Origin: a virus
IMG/VR virus record: IMGVR_UViG_3300028615_000137
Location: 1-64,000 of that record
DNA length: 64,000 nt
Direction: 5' to 3' (one strand)
The translations under genes and the position numbers were made by a program. Shown here one piece after another: positions 36,809 through 46,836 of the stretch (within the stretch, counting starts at the first letter, position 1; each line of letters opens with the position of its first letter). The notes beneath the pieces were generated by a model that had not been told where the DNA came from, did no database searches, and saw only the letters and a list, made by a program, of their open reading frames with translations.

Positions 36809-38667
36809 TGACGACTAAATATACATATTCCAAAACAAGCGATACTGCTAATGGCTATGTAGATATCCTAGCATTGGGACAGCAAATACAATCATTAGAA
36901 TTGTCGGGTGTCTATCTCGGTATAAATATCATAAACGATGATATTGAGATACTTTTCAATCAAGCATTAACTGCTGGAGAACAAACGCAATTAGATTCGG
37001 TGGTTAGTACCCACGACGGTCAAGCAATACAAGGCTTGGGAACAAATAAAAATACCAGAAATCCTAATGTCAATGACGATACTACTAAGGGATTTAGAGT
37101 AGGTTCCCATTGGTATAATACTCAAGCGTTATCTGCATGGATTTGTTTAGACGCTTCCCAAGGTGCTGCAATCTGGAAAGAAATTAGCACATCTTATATT
37201 GGCGATTTGGGCGATCAACTTACGTCCCATTTAGAAGATGAAAATAATCCACATTCTGTAAATTTGAATGATATTGGACCATTTAATTTAGCCAATTTAA
37301 ATGCTAATATCAACGATGCTAATTTAGATGATAGCGACAGCCCAAGAACTCCTACTTCACATTCTACTTCGCATGAAGCGGATGGAAGTGACGAAATAGA
37401 CGGCGATAAATTAGATATTGATTTTGTACCCCAAAATTATGTTCCTAATACCGAACCAAGCGAAGTTGATAGTTCAAATCATCTTACTGCTCATTTAAAG
37501 GGTATCGATGAACTCATTAATCAAAGCGATGTTACTGGCCCTGAAAATTCTACCGATAATGCGGTTGTTAGATTTGATGGAACAGGTGGTAAGCAAATAC
37601 AGGATTCCACAGTTACTATCGACGACGCTGGAAATTTGTCGGTTCCAGGAACTGTCAATGGTCGCGATATTTCTGCTGACGGCACAAATCTTGATACTCA
37701 TATCGCTGACAATAGCAATCCTCACGGGATTACTCTCGCTACCTTGGAACATTGTACTCTTAGTGAGCTTAACGCCCTAATAGACAATGCAAATTTGGAC
37801 GATTTAAGCGAATCTAGAACCCCTACTTCACATTCTACTTCACATGAAGCCGATGGAAGCGACGAATTAGTTTTACAAAATTTAAGCAGTGGTGGCGCTT
37901 CAAGTGGTGAACATCCTGTTGCAGATGGAGCTGGCGGTTGGAATTTGGTTCCAGTTAGTCAGTACCAATTAAACTCTGAGAAAGGTCAAGCGAACGGGTA
38001 TGCAAGTCTAGATGGTAGTGCCGAAATCGCTGACGTTACACATGGCGCCCGCGGCGGAGGTTCCTTGCATACAACTGCTACCGATTCTGCAAATGGCTTT
38101 ATGTCGGCTGCCGACAAAGCCAAGCTTGATGGTATTGCAGACAATGCCGAGGTAGACAACAAAGATGCAAAAGTAAGTTCTAATGACACAAGCCCGGGAT
38201 TTTTGTCAACTAAGCTTGTCGCGGGTGCAAATATAACTCTGACGGAACAAAACGACGGAGGTAACGAAACATTAGAAATTTCCGCCGCTTCTGGCGGAGG
38301 CGGTAGTGTAATAACACAATCTGCTGCAACAAATGAGATTTCCACAGGTTCGGAAAGTTTCGTTTCGATGCCAGACATGAGCCAAACGCCAGGAGCCGGC
38401 AATTTTAAAATTGAATTCTCTTCAACTATTTGGAATACGAGCAATGACGGTAGTATTTATATAGCAATTTTTGTAGACGGTTCAAAAATTGCACATTCGG
38501 AAAGAATGCAACGATTAGATGCTGCTTATTACCAAGGCGTTGGAAATATACAAACACAAGCTTATGTCACAGTTAGTGCCGATCAAGTCGTAGAAATACG
38601 CTGGAAGAAGGGTCCTTTTGGCACTGCTTATGCGAATAATAGATCTATGATTCTTACTAAGGTTTAA
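36808..38667 (+). CDS. Modular virion fibre protein
   Basis: Internal duplication (H..D..NPH...RTPTSHSTSHEADGSDE), KGQANGYASLD, GFMSAADKAKLDGI fibre motifs. Confidence 0.75.
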   Translation: MTTKYTYSKTSDTANGYVDILALGQQIQSLELSGVYLGINIINDDIEILFNQALTAGEQTQLDSVVSTHDGQAIQGLGTNKNTRNPNVNDDTTKGFRVGSHWYNTQALSAWICLDASQGAAIWKEISTSYIGDLGDQLTSHLEDENNPHSVNLNDIGPFNLANLNANINDANLDDSDSPRTPTSHSTSHEADGSDEIDGDKLDIDFVPQNYVPNTEPSEVDSSNHLTAHLKGIDELINQSDVTGPENSTDNAVVRFDGTGGKQIQDSTVTIDDAGNLSVPGTVNGRDISADGTNLDTHIADNSNPHGITLATLEHCTLSELNALIDNANLDDLSESRTPTSHSTSHEADGSDELVLQNLSSGGASSGEHPVADGAGGWNLVPVSQYQLNSEKGQANGYASLDGSAEIADVTHGARGGGSLHTTATDSANGFMSAADKAKLDGIADNAEVDNKDAKVSSNDTSPGFLSTKLVAGANITLTEQNDGGNETLEISAASGGGGSVITQSAATNEISTGSESFVSMPDMSQTPGAGNFKIEFSSTIWNTSNDGSIYIAIFVDGSKIAHSERMQRLDAAYYQGVGNIQTQAYVTVSADQVVEIRWKKGPFGTAYANNRSMILTKV

Positions 38668-38669
38668 AG

Positions 38670-39536
38670 ATGGCTGCTACAAAATATTCCTATTCTATTT
38701 CGAACGATTTTCCAGATTCGCTGGTCAATCCAGACAAACTAAAGTCTGAGATTGTTGCAAGTTCAATAAGCATCGCCTTAGATTATATAGAAACAAACGG
38801 AGATGTTTGCGACATTTGGTTTAAGGATTCTCTTCCGCCTGCCGATAAGTCCACTCTAGACAATAATACCACTTCGCCAGCGGGTGGTTTAATAGCAGCG
38901 CATGATAACACGCCTAACGAAAAAGAAACTTCTCCAGTTTTAATTGAAGAAGAGCACGTAAAAACGGGGGGTCACTATCAAGCTAAAGGTTGGAAAGATA
39001 ATATTCCTGCTAGCGTCGGTTGGCATGAGTTTCCCGACATTTCGTTTCCATATGGAGTAAACATACTCTCAGCCGAGGCTTATTGTTCTCCTGAAAACGA
39101 TGGAGATCATTTTGAATTTCAAATTGCTCCTGACACAATAGTTGGAAACATCACGGTGGATGTTTCTGCTTCTGACACAATATTTATAGTTTCGGATTCT
39201 GTAATAGAAAATGTCTATGTAGGAGTTCATGTAAAATTAGATGATGGCACCAATATCGACGATTGCGGCGAAATTATTGCAATAGATAAGAATAATAATC
39301 AAATTACTGTCGAAACTGCTGCCGTCAATTCATTTACCGCCGCTACTCCTACAAATGTAAAAATGACCATTTTTCAAGCGAAAAATATTCACTTGAAAAA
39401 TGGTCACAGAATTATTCTAGGCGAATCGAAAATAGGTGCAAGCTACGTCCCTGCAAATACTGTTATGAGATTTCGATATTATAACAGTGAAGCCGCGGCC
39501 AAATCTTTCGATTTCTTCTTCGAACTTCTTTACTAA
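38670..39536 (+). CDS. Hypothetical virion-associated protein
   Basis: N-terminus similar to that of 36808 (TKY.YS...D...L...I). Confidence 0.65.
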   Translation: MAATKYSYSISNDFPDSLVNPDKLKSEIVASSISIALDYIETNGDVCDIWFKDSLPPADKSTLDNNTTSPAGGLIAAHDNTPNEKETSPVLIEEEHVKTGGHYQAKGWKDNIPASVGWHEFPDISFPYGVNILSAEAYCSPENDGDHFEFQIAPDTIVGNITVDVSASDTIFIVSDSVIENVYVGVHVKLDDGTNIDDCGEIIAIDKNNNQITVETAAVNSFTAATPTNVKMTIFQAKNIHLKNGHRIILGESKIGASYVPANTVMRFRYYNSEAAAKSFDFFFELLY

Positions 39537-40405
39537 TGCGTGCTTTAGTACTAAGCGGCGGGGGCTCGAAAGGTCAATTCCAAGTAGGTGCGTTGAAGCA
39601 TTTACTTTATGATCTTGGCGAACAATACGACCTACTCTGCGGCGTTAGTGTTGGAGCTTTAGTCGCTTCTTTCTTGGCGCAATATCCTTTGGGTCAAGAA
39701 AAGCAAGCATATAAAGATCTAGAAGAATTATTTTCTGGCGTTGAAAATAAAGACATTTGGAAACGCTGGTTTCCCTTCGGAAAATTACACGGTCTGCCTT
39801 TAGATTTTTGGCCATTTTCTAAAATGAAAAAGTCTAGTTTTGTTAACAGCAAACCGCTACAAGAATTAGTCGGCAGCAAGTTAAACATAAAACGCATAAA
39901 AAAATCCGGTAGGCAATTGATTGTCGGTGCCGTCAACCTGAAAACTGGCGAATACAATACATTTGACCAAGAACATAGACCGTTATCTAAAGCTGTATTA
40001 GCTTCGTCTTCTTTCCCGGCGTTTTTCCTACCAGTCCTTATACAAAATGATTTGTGGACCGACGGCGGAATTAGAACTGTAACTCCGATTAAAGCAGCTA
40101 TCGATAACGGTGCGACAGAAATTGATATAATTATGTGTTCCCCGGAAAATGTTCAACAAAATTTTAAAAGAAGTCCGTCTGCTTTCGACGTAGCAATTCG
40201 CTCTATTGATATTATGATGGATCAAGTCATTGACGATGACCTAGATAAAGCTCTGTTGAACAATCAAATCGAAGGCAAGAAAAAAATAAAATTTAAAGTG
40301 ATTAGGCCAGATTTTCAGTTGAACGAAGATTCTCTAAATTTCAATCCTAAGGAAGCCAAAAAGCTACAACATTTAGGATACATGAAAGCCGTAGAAGTTA
40401 TCTAA
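39536..40405 (+). CDS. Patatin-like phospholipase
   Basis: ALVLSGGGSKG, GVSVG nucleophile elbow, ASSSFP, DGG. Confidence 0.92.
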   Translation: MRALVLSGGGSKGQFQVGALKHLLYDLGEQYDLLCGVSVGALVASFLAQYPLGQEKQAYKDLEELFSGVENKDIWKRWFPFGKLHGLPLDFWPFSKMKKSSFVNSKPLQELVGSKLNIKRIKKSGRQLIVGAVNLKTGEYNTFDQEHRPLSKAVLASSSFPAFFLPVLIQNDLWTDGGIRTVTPIKAAIDNGATEIDIIMCSPENVQQNFKRSPSAFDVAIRSIDIMMDQVIDDDLDKALLNNQIEGKKKIKFKVIRPDFQLNEDSLNFNPKEAKKLQHLGYMKAVEVI

Positions 40406-40413
40406 GGTGAAAA

Positions 40414-42393
40414 ATGAGCAATACCGTCACAGAAGATCTTACTTCGCAAGTAGATGGTGTAACTACAACATTCACCACTTCACAGACTTTCATAGCCGAT
40501 AGTCTAGAAGTACATCTAAACGGCAATAGATTAAGAGCTGGTGTAGATTTCGAAGAAGATCCCGGTCTATCTTCTTTTACTTTTATTGCTACTCCGCTCA
40601 CGGCTCCATTTGCTACAGATTTTCTAGCGGTTCAATATGAGATTGTTTCAGTCGGAGGCGGGGGCAGCGTAGGAGTCTTAGACGAAGGTGTCCCCATAGG
40701 AAACTTCGACTCTTTAGATTTTAAGGGAGTAGGCGTTACAGCTTTGCCCGATGGGACTACAGCTTGTATTTTCATTCCACCGCCAGAATTCCTCTCTCAT
40801 TGGAATACGTCGGATGGCTCAAACGGAGATCAATTCGTAACTAACGATATTACTAGCAAATTGGTCCACGTTAGCACCCCTTCTGGCGGCGAAGGTAGTC
40901 CATTTAAAACTAATGGTTGGGAAAATACGAACAGACAAGGTCACCTACCCCAAATTGTAACCATCGAAACACCTGGTGATACAACCGGGTTTGGTGGCGA
41001 TAGTACGATGACTGTCGATGTATACGAAGCCGACGGTTCAACATTAATAGAAAGTTTTACTACTCCTGCTATAACTGAGAACGGCACATTTTCTTCTGGA
41101 AATATCACCGTTACCATTTCAAACTATGGGCCAGATTCATCTAGATTCAAAGCCAAGGCTGTAGTAGAAGTAGACATAGATTTAGCCTTTACTGGAATAG
41201 GTCAAGACGGTGGAAGATATCATATCGAAGTTACACACACTACAGACTCGACTACAGACGGAAACGGACCGTTTGTATACATCCAACCTGACATTTTCCT
41301 TGACACTAACCAAACTACGCCTAGCATTAACGGAACTACAAGCATTGCAGAAAGAGCAGGTTTCGTTGTTACAAAACATTTGTCGGGGCTCGAATACTAT
41401 ACAATCGGAAGTCAATTCACTGTCGACGTCACTGATATCGACGACTTCAACGAAAATTCTCACAGAATAGATGAAAGTTTAGTTATAGACGGCAGCGAAT
41501 ATGGTTTGCCTAGTTTAAGTCATTCGCCATTTGGAGTAGGTTCAGCTAATTTCATAGGTTGGAGCAATAATCATGACCAAAACGATGTTGACTATAGCAA
41601 AGAAGATTGGACGATCAACGCCGCTAATTTCCGCTATATTGGTCCTAGTGGAAATATATCTGCCCTACCTCGCGATCCTTGGGCTAATGGTAGCTCTTCA
41701 AATAGTCCAAACAATAATATCCTGGTAGATACATATGGCATACAAAGTACAGACACTTACGAACCATTTGTTGACGAAGCAAGAAGAGAATTGGACGATT
41801 TTTCTGGTGCCGGGTCGTTTGATAGCGTGGGTTCGCTTTTGGCAGGCGAGGCTATGGTTTTCAATGATCAACTCATTTCGCCGCAATCGTCGACTTACGT
41901 TAGAAGCGATGGACCCAATTCACCAAATACCGATTGGTCTACTTTTGATCCTGGCATCAATCCCAACTATACTGGCTTGGTTGTTCCGGTAAAATATAAT
42001 AGAAGATTTACACAAGCCAGCGGAATAAATATTCCAAGTTTCACCATGGTTTTTAGTGGTACTTTCGTCGGAGGCAACGCACTTGCTGATTTGATCTCTA
42101 ACGACTTGGAAATTCTAATCTATAGAATTGCTATACCAAGTGGAACACCTGGCGTGTTTGGTCCGCCGCCCGGCAATACTAGACCGCTTAGGCTCCACGA
42201 ACCATTTAACTTTGCCCTGTATGACGACGGTCTTACAATTCCAGGATCTGGCATACGTCTAGGAGCTTCTTCGGGTAACACCATTGAAGCTACTTTTGGC
42301 ACCGGAACTCCAGCCGATACAGGGTTCTATATGTGCCTCTTTATAAACAACTCAACTATCAAAATTGGTAGTATTTCTGTAACATTAAACTAA
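40414..42393 (+). CDS. Virion structural protein
   Basis: QVDGVTTTFT...LEVHLNG.RL..G.DF module; VLDEG repeat shared with 34154. Confidence 0.7.
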   Translation: MSNTVTEDLTSQVDGVTTTFTTSQTFIADSLEVHLNGNRLRAGVDFEEDPGLSSFTFIATPLTAPFATDFLAVQYEIVSVGGGGSVGVLDEGVPIGNFDSLDFKGVGVTALPDGTTACIFIPPPEFLSHWNTSDGSNGDQFVTNDITSKLVHVSTPSGGEGSPFKTNGWENTNRQGHLPQIVTIETPGDTTGFGGDSTMTVDVYEADGSTLIESFTTPAITENGTFSSGNITVTISNYGPDSSRFKAKAVVEVDIDLAFTGIGQDGGRYHIEVTHTTDSTTDGNGPFVYIQPDIFLDTNQTTPSINGTTSIAERAGFVVTKHLSGLEYYTIGSQFTVDVTDIDDFNENSHRIDESLVIDGSEYGLPSLSHSPFGVGSANFIGWSNNHDQNDVDYSKEDWTINAANFRYIGPSGNISALPRDPWANGSSSNSPNNNILVDTYGIQSTDTYEPFVDEARRELDDFSGAGSFDSVGSLLAGEAMVFNDQLISPQSSTYVRSDGPNSPNTDWSTFDPGINPNYTGLVVPVKYNRRFTQASGINIPSFTMVFSGTFVGGNALADLISNDLEILIYRIAIPSGTPGVFGPPPGNTRPLRLHEPFNFALYDDGLTIPGSGIRLGASSGNTIEATFGTGTPADTGFYMCLFINNSTIKIGSISVTLN

Positions 42394-42395
42394 TA

Positions 42396-42548
42396 ATGTA
42401 TTCTAAGCCTATAAAAATAAAAAGCAAAGACAACAACAAGGTAACTGTAAGTTTAAGAACTTCGGAAAATTCCGTTATAGTTGTAGAAGTTAATCGTAAG
42501 GATTTAGAAAAGGCGATTAGCGAATATAGAGCTGAATTGGATAGCTAA
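42396..42548 (+). CDS. Small hypothetical protein (50 aa)
   Basis: Manual: MYSKPIKIKSKDNNKVTVSLRTSENSVIVVEVNRKDLEKAISEYRAELDS*; fills gap, TAATG-coupled. Confidence 0.55.
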   Translation: MYSKPIKIKSKDNNKVTVSLRTSENSVIVVEVNRKDLEKAISEYRAELDS

Positions 42549-43237
42549 TGGGTTATTCTGCTTTAGAAAGAACAAAGATTGCAGAAAAGTTTCTACAAAC
42601 AGGAACTTTTGATAGCGATCCTCGAACTCAAGGCTATGAGTCAACTAACTTAGCTGAATTATCATTATACGGTTCGAAAATTTGGCTCCAAGAAGAACTG
42701 CTTAGAAATAATCCAGCTCCCAACATTGCTACTGCCAACTCTCTTACCGCGTCTGGTGGAAACTTAGACGGGGTGGTAGCAAATTACACCGGGGCTGAAG
42801 CGAGAAAATTGACCGCTCTTCCCGGTATCGATTTCACGTGGGTTGTTCTAGACGACCCCGACAATCCAAATTTCCAAAATAGATTGAAAAATTGGATCCA
42901 ACCTACAATGATTCCACAATCGAATGGTCTGCCGTCGTTTGGATTTGCCACAAGATTGTACGACGGGGATCCAAATTCTGGTGGTACTGAAATTCTGACC
43001 AGTGATGGTCAAACTGGCATCGGGCTAAATGCTGCAAGCGCTTGGTTCTTTCAACCGGCTGGTGGTGTTCTTGGAATTTCAGACGATTTTTACAGTGAAA
43101 CTGGAATAGACTCAAATACTTTTGAGCCTTGGATTGAAGGATTTCAATACATTGGAAGAACTGCCCTAGATTCAATAACAACAGAAGATACCGCTATTGT
43201 GGTAGCATCGGGTATAGACCCAGATTTGGTGTGTTAA
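42548..43237 (+). CDS. Hypothetical virion protein
   Basis: ORF in structural block. Confidence 0.65.
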   Translation: MGYSALERTKIAEKFLQTGTFDSDPRTQGYESTNLAELSLYGSKIWLQEELLRNNPAPNIATANSLTASGGNLDGVVANYTGAEARKLTALPGIDFTWVVLDDPDNPNFQNRLKNWIQPTMIPQSNGLPSFGFATRLYDGDPNSGGTEILTSDGQTGIGLNAASAWFFQPAGGVLGISDDFYSETGIDSNTFEPWIEGFQYIGRTALDSITTEDTAIVVASGIDPDLVC

Positions 43238-43238
43238 A

Positions 43239-44366
43239 ATGGCCAGTATTAGCAGATTGCAGACGTCTGATTGCGATAATCCAATTTTAGATGTTTTTAT
43301 TACGCAAAATGGGCAAAAAATAGACGTTTCTAGTCTCGAATTTCAGATTTTCGAGAATGTCTCAAATCCAGGTTCGCCAGTGCAGGTTTTCCCGGCTACT
43401 GCTGGCGCTCGAGAAGCTGTTGATTTAAACCTATGCCCCGTGGGGCAGAAGCTGTCTACCGGCCGTTACGTGGCCAACTGGACGGTTCCAGTGACCGAAT
43501 TAATAGGACCACACATAATTAAGTGGTTTTTCAAAGTCACCCCTGCGTCAAACGAGAATGTTTTTAGCGAAGAATTTGAAGTTCTTGCCGAAGGCGTGGG
43601 CGCAGGAGACATTGGTTATACCACGATTCAATGTCTCCGTGATGAAGGGGTATCTGAAAGTTTGTACAGTGATGATTTCCTTACTAGGCGAATAGCGCTG
43701 GTGACAGAACAGATCGAAATGTACACGGGTAGATTTTTTACCCCACGAACATTGACGTTTCGCGTCGATGGCAAAGACCATCCAGAAATCTTGCTATATC
43801 ATCCAATTATCGAAATTTCTGATGTAAAAATTATCCACGAAAATCCGTTCAATCCGAATTCCTCTTTGGTTAACTTGGATAATCTGGTTATTTACAACCG
43901 CCATTTGACCCAAGGATTGAGGCAACCAGACGACCGCAACAACCCAAGAATTTCATTTGAAACGAGTTTTCATTATCACCATTTTGTTAATGAACTCTAC
44001 GAACACGATTTTTACATTTCTCATTTTCCCAGAGGAAAACAAAACATCGAAATTACTGGAGTTTTTGGATATACAGACCCAGACGGCACCGCTTACGGCA
44101 AGACTCCAGAGCTAATAAAACACGTGGCAAATTTGATGGTCATACGGGAGCTAAATTCATTAGCTGATACAGGGGCTCGTGACGATGCAATTTGGTATCG
44201 ACGTCGTACCACAGAATTCCGCACGCGAGACCAGTCTGTAAAATATAGTCCGCTGAACGCCGGTGAGCTTGCAAGAAATATGCCATACACAGCTTTTACA
44301 GGCGATCCTGAGATAGACCGAATTTTGTTAAGATTTTCCAGACTACCAGCTTTCGGGGCTGCGTAA
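43239..44366 (+). CDS. Head-tail adaptor/connector with N-terminal Ig-like domain
   Basis: YTTI..LR, IE.YTGRFF, FPRGKQNIEITGVFGY, TPELIK.V, TGDPEIDRIL. Confidence 0.75.
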   Translation: MASISRLQTSDCDNPILDVFITQNGQKIDVSSLEFQIFENVSNPGSPVQVFPATAGAREAVDLNLCPVGQKLSTGRYVANWTVPVTELIGPHIIKWFFKVTPASNENVFSEEFEVLAEGVGAGDIGYTTIQCLRDEGVSESLYSDDFLTRRIALVTEQIEMYTGRFFTPRTLTFRVDGKDHPEILLYHPIIEISDVKIIHENPFNPNSSLVNLDNLVIYNRHLTQGLRQPDDRNNPRISFETSFHYHHFVNELYEHDFYISHFPRGKQNIEITGVFGYTDPDGTAYGKTPELIKHVANLMVIRELNSLADTGARDDAIWYRRRTTEFRTRDQSVKYSPLNAGELARNMPYTAFTGDPEIDRILLRFSRLPAFGAA

Positions 44367-44887
44367 TGAGCAGAGGAAAAATAATATTTCCTTTTGTCTT
44401 AACAATAGGACAATTAGATACCGAAGCTACAGCGGCAGACCCAGACGGAGCGGGTCCATTAACGTCTGGTTATGATGATATTTTCAGAGAGCCAGTGGCA
44501 GTTCCAACTCCTGGCGATCAAGATGGTGTAGTAGCAAGGGAAGAAAATGTTATAACCGTTCGGGGACAATTTGAGCCGGGTGATGTAGAAATTCAAAACA
44601 ATATGCTGTCCGGCAATTCGCCAGAAGGGCAATTAATAGCGTGGGTCCATTTTAGCGAATTGCAATTAAATGGATTATTGGATGATAACGGCCAAGCCAT
44701 GATTCGCAACAACGACCGTCTTATCCAAATTGATACCGTAGATGGTCTCTTCGTTCAAAGCTTTCCAGATCCTCCCGGTATGTATGCAATAACAGTTTCG
44801 CCGCGTGGTTGGGGTTTGGGTAATCCAGCCAGGAGAAACTTACTTAAAATAATCTTCGAACCACGTCTTCAATCTGTAAGAGGATAA
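44366..44887 (+). CDS. Putative head-closure protein
   Basis: Position after adaptor; GYDDIFRE motif. Confidence 0.55.
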   Translation: MSRGKIIFPFVLTIGQLDTEATAADPDGAGPLTSGYDDIFREPVAVPTPGDQDGVVAREENVITVRGQFEPGDVEIQNNMLSGNSPEGQLIAWVHFSELQLNGLLDDNGQAMIRNNDRLIQIDTVDGLFVQSFPDPPGMYAITVSPRGWGLGNPARRNLLKIIFEPRLQSVRG

Positions 44888-45484
44888 ATGAAAATCAAAC
44901 TTACAGGTCAATGGAAGAAAGCTCAAAAGATTCTCGATAAAGGAGCACAACGAGTCGAGTTGTCTAAACGAAAGATAATGGCTTCTGAAGCAAAATTTTA
45001 TGCGCAGAAAATTAAAGAAGGTTTAGAATCTCAAGCTCCTGGAAAAAAACCTATAAAACCTCCCGCGGAAAGTACTTTAATAAGCCGCGAATTTAAGGGC
45101 TTTAATTCGACCAAGTCTCTTATTGTAAGGCGCGATTTAGTAAATTCTATAACAGATATTGTTAAAGGCGATAAAGCCTTTGCAGGAATTCCCAAATCTG
45201 CCAGAGGTACTGACGGTCAGAACCTAGCTAAAATTGGAGAAATAAACGAAAAAGGTAAAAACGGAATTGTTATAGAAATAACTCCAAAAATGCGAAAACT
45301 ATTTGGTGCGATGTTTGCCGGTTCCGATAACGAAAGTCCTGGGAAGAAGAAGGTTATAATTGTAAATATTCCAGCTAGGCCGTTTATAACTCCGGTTCTA
45401 GAAACGTACGGCAAAGCTTCTGTTGCAATACCCAGAATAGCGAAGAAATTTTCATTCTTTACAGCTTTTATGTTTGGGAAATAA
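44888..45484 (+). CDS. Neck/virion morphogenesis protein (HK97 gp10/Mu gpG-like)
   Basis: Basic; LI...DL.NSI, NE.G, IPARPFI.P. Confidence 0.7.
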   Translation: MKIKLTGQWKKAQKILDKGAQRVELSKRKIMASEAKFYAQKIKEGLESQAPGKKPIKPPAESTLISREFKGFNSTKSLIVRRDLVNSITDIVKGDKAFAGIPKSARGTDGQNLAKIGEINEKGKNGIVIEITPKMRKLFGAMFAGSDNESPGKKKVIIVNIPARPFITPVLETYGKASVAIPRIAKKFSFFTAFMFGK

Positions 45485-45485
45485 T

Positions 45486-46469
45486 ATGGCAATACCTACT
45501 ATTATAAATATTGTTCCGCCGGAAGCACCTACTTCTGGTAGAAAAATTATAGAAATTTACGGTTCTAATTTCAGACAGCTTAGTCCGTTAAATTCAAATT
45601 TCCCTCCATTTGAACCGGCCCCGCCTTCGGTAGAAGTATTGTTCGGCGACGAACCGGCAACGGAAGTACAAATAATTCGGTCTAATTTACTTCGGGTATT
45701 GCCTCCAATATCTCCTATACCTGCTACTGAGTCTTCTAATTATGGTTCGGGGACCGTTGATGTAACCGTAAGAAATATAGACGATTCAGGAATAGCGATA
45801 CCGGGCGAAGAAGTAATTTTGGCAGATGGATTCGAATACAAGCATCCTGGGTTGGATTCTGTTACCAGTAGTGAATTAGCAATGTTGGTTACGGCTCTGA
45901 TTAAAGACATGCGGAAGCAAATTATTCCGAATGTATTATTGGGCCAGCACACGGAATATGATTCAGATTCTACAGATTCATACAACATTACTGATGTGGG
46001 TAAACTCCCCGCAATTGTTCTGACCGGTCCAGAAATTCCAGAAAATCGGTTTTATTCATATAATTACAGCGAATCGGTGCCGGCAAGCGACAATAATACT
46101 TATGAAGTGCGCCATCCTTATACAGTTGATGTTAAATTTGGTGTAGTCGGAATTACGGACCTAAAACATGTCCTACTAAATCTCATGTCCCATTTCACCA
46201 CTTACATGCGCAGAAACAAATTTTTCAGGATGTTGCGCTGTCCCGACGATCCAAGTCAAGGGATTATTGAATATGAGCTAGATTTTGACGTAGACGGTGA
46301 CCTAAGAGCACGAACCCGAGCAAACAACAGTAATATCCAAAGTTTCGTGGGCTCAATAATTCTCAGAGGATTCAACGTAGAAGGCTTTGCCGGCTTTGAT
46401 CTAGACGAAGTTATCCAAATTAATAACGATATTGACATAATCGACATAACAATTAGTCAAACTTCCTAG
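45486..46469 (+). CDS. Putative tail terminator with N-terminal IPT/TIG domain
   Basis: PTI..I.P..APTSG...IEIYGSNF...V.FG; LPAIVL.GP; position before sheath. Confidence 0.6.
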   Translation: MAIPTIINIVPPEAPTSGRKIIEIYGSNFRQLSPLNSNFPPFEPAPPSVEVLFGDEPATEVQIIRSNLLRVLPPISPIPATESSNYGSGTVDVTVRNIDDSGIAIPGEEVILADGFEYKHPGLDSVTSSELAMLVTALIKDMRKQIIPNVLLGQHTEYDSDSTDSYNITDVGKLPAIVLTGPEIPENRFYSYNYSESVPASDNNTYEVRHPYTVDVKFGVVGITDLKHVLLNLMSHFTTYMRRNKFFRMLRCPDDPSQGIIEYELDFDVDGDLRARTRANNSNIQSFVGSIILRGFNVEGFAGFDLDEVIQINNDIDIIDITISQTS

Positions 46470-46521
46470 TTTTTTCAATTATATATATAATGAAATGTAA
46501 GTATAAAGGGGAAAATTCCTA

Positions 46522-46830
46522 ATGGCCGAAATGGTAGAATTAAAAAATATTGCAAAACCCCGGCGGATGTTAGTGCTAAATTTGGACAAAAATATAGCAA
46601 ATATTCCCGTAAAAACTACGGTAGTTGTAGAAAATAAACAAGGAGAACGTAGACAAAAGCGGGTGAGTGCATTGGTTCCGGATTCGTTACGCATTCCGTC
46701 TGGCCATACCATAAAAGTTTCTAAAAAAATTAGCGAGTGTACTGCGATACAGAAAGCACTAACTCGCAGAGAATTAACCCTTAAGTCCGTTAAAAGTGAA
46801 ACAACAAAGCGGACTCGTAATAAAAGGTAA
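46522..46830 (+). CDS. Small basic hypothetical protein
   Basis: ORF before sheath, RBS agggg. Confidence 0.65.
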   Translation: MAEMVELKNIAKPRRMLVLNLDKNIANIPVKTTVVVENKQGERRQKRVSALVPDSLRIPSGHTIKVSKKISECTAIQKALTRRELTLKSVKSETTKRTRNKR

Positions 46831-46836
46831 TCAGAA

